A stretch of DNA of 64,000 nt from a virus (lineage: Duplodnaviria > Caudoviricetes): positions 1-64,000 of IMG/VR virus record IMGVR_UViG_3300031867_000010; one strand, 5' to 3'. The notes under the pieces were generated by a model. That model did not search any database, was not told the DNA's origin, and saw only the letters and a program-made list of their open reading frames with translations. Position numbers and translations under genes: made by a program. Positions 60,997 to 64,000 of the stretch are shown here, piece by piece. Each line of letters begins with the position of its first letter. Positions within the stretch are counted from its first letter, which is position 1.

Positions 60997-61938
60997 TTAC
61001 ATAAACTCTTCTATACCAGAATTAATGCTCTTCATTTTATTAAGCACTTTGCATATATTTGGGAACTCAGATTCTGGAAGTGATGACAAGAAAAATCTTC
61101 TGTTAGAATCTTTGTTCTTTTGTTTGTCCATCTTCCTGATATTGAAGTAGCTCTTAAGGATTTCATTTATTTCTGTCTTATCCATATTCTCCAATGTGTT
61201 GAAACACCAGTCTGTAACCTTATTGAAGAATTCCTTCTGTTTATCAGTATAATTAACATAATCGCTCTTCTTCTCAAGAAGCAGATAAGTTATAAGCAAT
61301 GGATAATAGTCAGATGATATTGCATACTTAACAACATCTTCAAACTTAAATTCTTTTGTATTTGCATGTTGATAAAGTATAGACATAACTGACTTAATTC
61401 TATTAACGCCATTCTTTTCAAGAAGTTTAGATGATGGTAATACTGAAAGAACATCTACTGCAACCTCTTTAGGAATTCCTGCCTTTTCAAATTTCTTAAG
61501 CTTCTTTTTATTTATCTCCAGTGACAAGTCAAGTAAATCGTTTAAGTCAAAATCTTTAGCATCAGGATCGGAATCTTTTTCTTCTTTATAATATTCCTTA
61601 GCTATTTTGATAGCATCAGCAATTATTACTGGAAGGAAATTTAAATTTTCAATGTCATCAATACCATACTTTTCAATATCCTTTTCAATGGCATCAATCA
61701 TTTCTTTTTCCATAAGCTTCTCATATATAGAATCCTTGATTTCTGTTACTTCTTTGACATTTGGATAAAATACTAAAAGCTTTATTACTTCGGGCAGGCA
61801 AGATATAAGCATTTTATAATAATTCTTTTTTATTTCCTTTTTGCTCATACTTGAGCTTGCATACTTCTTTTTGTACTTTTTCTTTGTCATACCTGCAAAT
61901 AACTTAACGTCATCGTCAATTTTAAATTGTTTTTCCAT
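60997..61938 (-). CDS. Hypothetical helical protein next to the tubulin gene
   Basis: AGGAG RBS, 313 aa. Confidence 0.8.
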   Translation of the reverse strand: MEKQFKIDDDVKLFAGMTKKKYKKKYASSSMSKKEIKKNYYKMLISCLPEVIKLLVFYPNVKEVTEIKDSIYEKLMEKEMIDAIEKDIEKYGIDDIENLNFLPVIIADAIKIAKEYYKEEKDSDPDAKDFDLNDLLDLSLEINKKKLKKFEKAGIPKEVAVDVLSVLPSSKLLEKNGVNRIKSVMSILYQHANTKEFKFEDVVKYAISSDYYPLLITYLLLEKKSDYVNYTDKQKEFFNKVTDWCFNTLENMDKTEINEILKSYFNIRKMDKQKNKDSNRRFFLSSLPESEFPNICKVLNKMKSINSGIEEFM

Positions 61939-62019
61939 TTCTTTTATTCTCCTTTACTTTTGATTTACAAAGACAACTTTGAAATCCATTAATTTCAAAG
62001 TTGTCTCATTTATAAATTA

Positions 62020-63171
62020 TTATTTCTTTTTCTTAAACTTACTCAATATTGAACCCACATCAACTTGTCTATTCTGTTGCAAATTAGACTTTTCTCTGTA
62101 CACTCTTTTACCCTGAATTTCGGTAAGCAAATTATCATCAAGTTCAAGTTCTTCTTCCTTTGTCCTTTGAGCATCAAGAATTGAATCTATTCTGTCCTTA
62201 ATCTTTAAAATTCTATCATTGATGGGTTTTAAACCCGATGCAATAAAGAACAAATTATTTGGAAGCTTTCTATCTTCATTAATAGACATGTGTTCAAATT
62301 CCTCTACAGGTGAACCTACAATCTCCTGCACTTTAGGCATATGAGTATCGAATCCAGTAAGAATGGTTTTTGAAGCATTTATGATAATACCAGTCCTGTT
62401 TACTATTTTATCATCTTGAAGTTTGGCATGACCATTCTTCTTAATTTCATTAATAAACATATCTTCTATATTATTATCATTTATATCTTCATCTTTAACA
62501 TCAAACAGTGACGCAACCAATATTCTCCCCGGTGTTGTTATAATCGTGAGTGAGTCCCTCTCATCTATTGAGTTATATCTGGTTGAGGAATTATAATACC
62601 CCCTCAAAACATTAATATCATTTACAATCTCTTGATTGATTTTATTCATCATATCCATTGAAGGTAACTTTGAATATTTCTCATTATCATATAACATATA
62701 AGTTGGTTTCTCAGAAACTTCATACAACTCAGTAAGATATGATAATGAATTTTCTTGTGTTGCTAATGCTTCTTCAACGGTAGGCAAAATTCCAACAGAT
62801 ATTGGAAAACATTTATCAGCAGCAACTTCTTTAATTATCTCAGTAAGTGCTAAAGATATACCACTTCCTGTACCACCACCAATACTACTTACAATAAATA
62901 CCAAATCTAATTCTTTGAGAAAATCTCTGAAATTGTCATTTTCAATCATAGCCATAATGGAAGATTCAAGAAACTCCTTAGCCTCTTCCCTATTTTTACC
63001 AGCACCTCTACCATCACCAATCAGGAACTTACTTATTGATGAATTGAGAGTTGACAAATCTTTTTCGCTACAGTTAATTGCTAGTATCGGTATATCTGGA
63101 TACATCTTTGAACATTCTGAACAAACTTGGTTTCCTGCATTTCCACAACCTATTATTCCAACATTTAGCAT
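62020..63171 (-). CDS. FtsZ/TubZ/PhuZ-family tubulin GTPase
   Basis: GCGNAGN, GAGKNRE, GGGTGSG signature, DN motif, and T7-like IDERD. Confidence 0.92.
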   Translation of the reverse strand: MLNVGIIGCGNAGNQVCSECSKMYPDIPILAINCSEKDLSTLNSSISKFLIGDGRGAGKNREEAKEFLESSIMAMIENDNFRDFLKELDLVFIVSSIGGGTGSGISLALTEIIKEVAADKCFPISVGILPTVEEALATQENSLSYLTELYEVSEKPTYMLYDNEKYSKLPSMDMMNKINQEIVNDINVLRGYYNSSTRYNSIDERDSLTIITTPGRILVASLFDVKDEDINDNNIEDMFINEIKKNGHAKLQDDKIVNRTGIIINASKTILTGFDTHMPKVQEIVGSPVEEFEHMSINEDRKLPNNLFFIASGLKPINDRILKIKDRIDSILDAQRTKEEELELDDNLLTEIQGKRVYREKSNLQQNRQVDVGSILSKFKKKK

Positions 63172-63187
63172 TTTTTATTCTCCTTCT

Positions 63188-63589
63188 TTATTCAATATTT
63201 TTACCTAAAACTTCTCTAGCCTTTCTATCCATAACTCTCTTGTTCATAAATTTAAGAGCTTCTGTGATATGATATAAAGCCTGAGCATTTTCATAGCAAG
63301 CAAATTCTCCTTCTTGGAATCTAATAAGTCTATCCCTTACAATCTCAAGAAGATCTGAATCTACTGCGCCGTGAACTGAAAATATATCGGTTCTTGGTCC
63401 TTTCTGAAAATTAATTTCTCCCACTTTATCAGAGTCAGGAGTTTTTAATTCTTCAGATATTTCATCGTGTTTCTTAATGATAACGTATTTATGATATGCT
63501 CCACCTGGACCAATATCATCTACACTATATACGTCATTAAGTTTATCTTCTGTCTGTATCGTGTTTAATAATCTCTTATTTGTTGCCAT
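63188..63589 (-). CDS. tad1: Tad1 / Acb2-family signalling-molecule sponge (anti-Thoeris/anti-CBASS)
   Basis: LNTIQ..KLN, GPGGAYH.Y, FQKGPR, HG..DSDLLEIVRDRL..FQ.G.F...EN..AL.H..EAL..MN.RV.DR..R.VLG.N closely follows clostridial Tad1. Alternative in-frame start at 63700. Confidence 0.88.
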   Translation of the reverse strand: MATNKRLLNTIQTEDKLNDVYSVDDIGPGGAYHKYVIIKKHDEISEELKTPDSDKVGEINFQKGPRTDIFSVHGAVDSDLLEIVRDRLIRFQEGEFACYENAQALYHITEALKFMNKRVMDRKAREVLGKNIE

Positions 63590-63776
63590 TGTCTTAGTTA
63601 TTCTCCTTTCTTCTTTTTTACCAAATTTATTAAAAGTATTAAAGGCATTTCTTCTGTTATAATAAATATCAAATATCCTTAACGATGGTAACAATATCAT
63701 ATTTCCTCCTTTCTAATAAATTTACGATACAGTTAGAATTAAAATAAATTTTAATTCCATTTTTATAATATATGAA

Positions 63777-63814
63777 TAAAACGTGGAAACCCTGTTAGAG
63801 GTTTCCACGTTTTA
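63777..63814 (-). terminator. Terminator
   Basis: TAAAACGTGGAAACC/GGTTTCCACGTTTTA inverted repeat. Confidence 0.75.
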
Positions 63815-63815
63815 T

Positions 63816-64000
63816 TTAAGATGAATACATTCTGTAAATAATTGTAAAATCTTTCATTAGTGAAATATTTGTTACTGGAATACAAAGTTTTGAAAATAAT
63901 CTGACATTTTCATAGTCATCTTTTGTTGCATTATATCTACCTGTATATAATGCTATAGTATTAAATCTAGTATCTGATACACTAGACGTTGCGTCAAACC
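63816..64000 (-). CDS. 3' end of a gene running in from beyond the window (possibly structural)
   Basis: Open frame FDATSS...RLFSKLCIP...FTIIYRMYSS* followed by a terminator. Confidence 0.6.
   Translation of the reverse strand, partial: FDATSSVSDTRFNTIALYTGRYNATKDDYENVRLFSKLCIPVTNISLMKDFTIIYRMYSS

Noticed and set aside
1-64000. Stop-codon reassignment
   Set aside because: Coding density is high under the standard code, TAG and TGA end conserved genes, and the breaks are explained by introns or frameshifts
1-64000. tRNA, rRNA or tmRNA genes
   Set aside because: No cloverleaf with T-loop and acceptor stem, or rRNA signature, was recognised, including in the two structured regions

Overview
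A very AT-rich 64-kb segment of a jumbo myophage of the AR9/PBS1/phiKZ-like type, probably infecting a low-GC Firmicute (strong AGGAGG/AAAGGA RBSs, clostridial-type Tad1). It encodes split multisubunit RNA polymerase beta and beta' subunits, NAD-dependent ligase, a ~3,420-aa tape-measure protein with C39/CHAP/lysozyme domains, RusA, ThyA, dUTPase, prohead protease, a tail fibre with S74 chaperone, large terminase, SbcC, type II topoisomerase (GyrB/GyrA), an FtsZ/TubZ tubulin and the anti-defence sponge Tad1. Three group I introns interrupt RNAP beta, RNAP beta' (inside NAD|FDGD) and gyrB. The two complete ones have no ORF. Two of them share a 127-nt identical core but carry different, correctly retargeted guide sequences. 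The most unusual feature is a dispersed family of eight late-promoter paralogues ('MADFNELY...EVASW'). They have conserved N- and C-terminal cassettes with glycine-zipper helices around unrelated central payloads, share shuffled QEPIGN-delimited modules, carry putative head-protease sites, and show homopolymer frameshifts (G10 in frame versus G9 out of frame). This looks like a diversifying, possibly phase-variable set of head-packaged proteins. Two promoter classes (TATATTAT early, AACA-N6-TA late) and two highly structured early RNAs are also visible. All product calls come from motif recognition by eye, with no database search.
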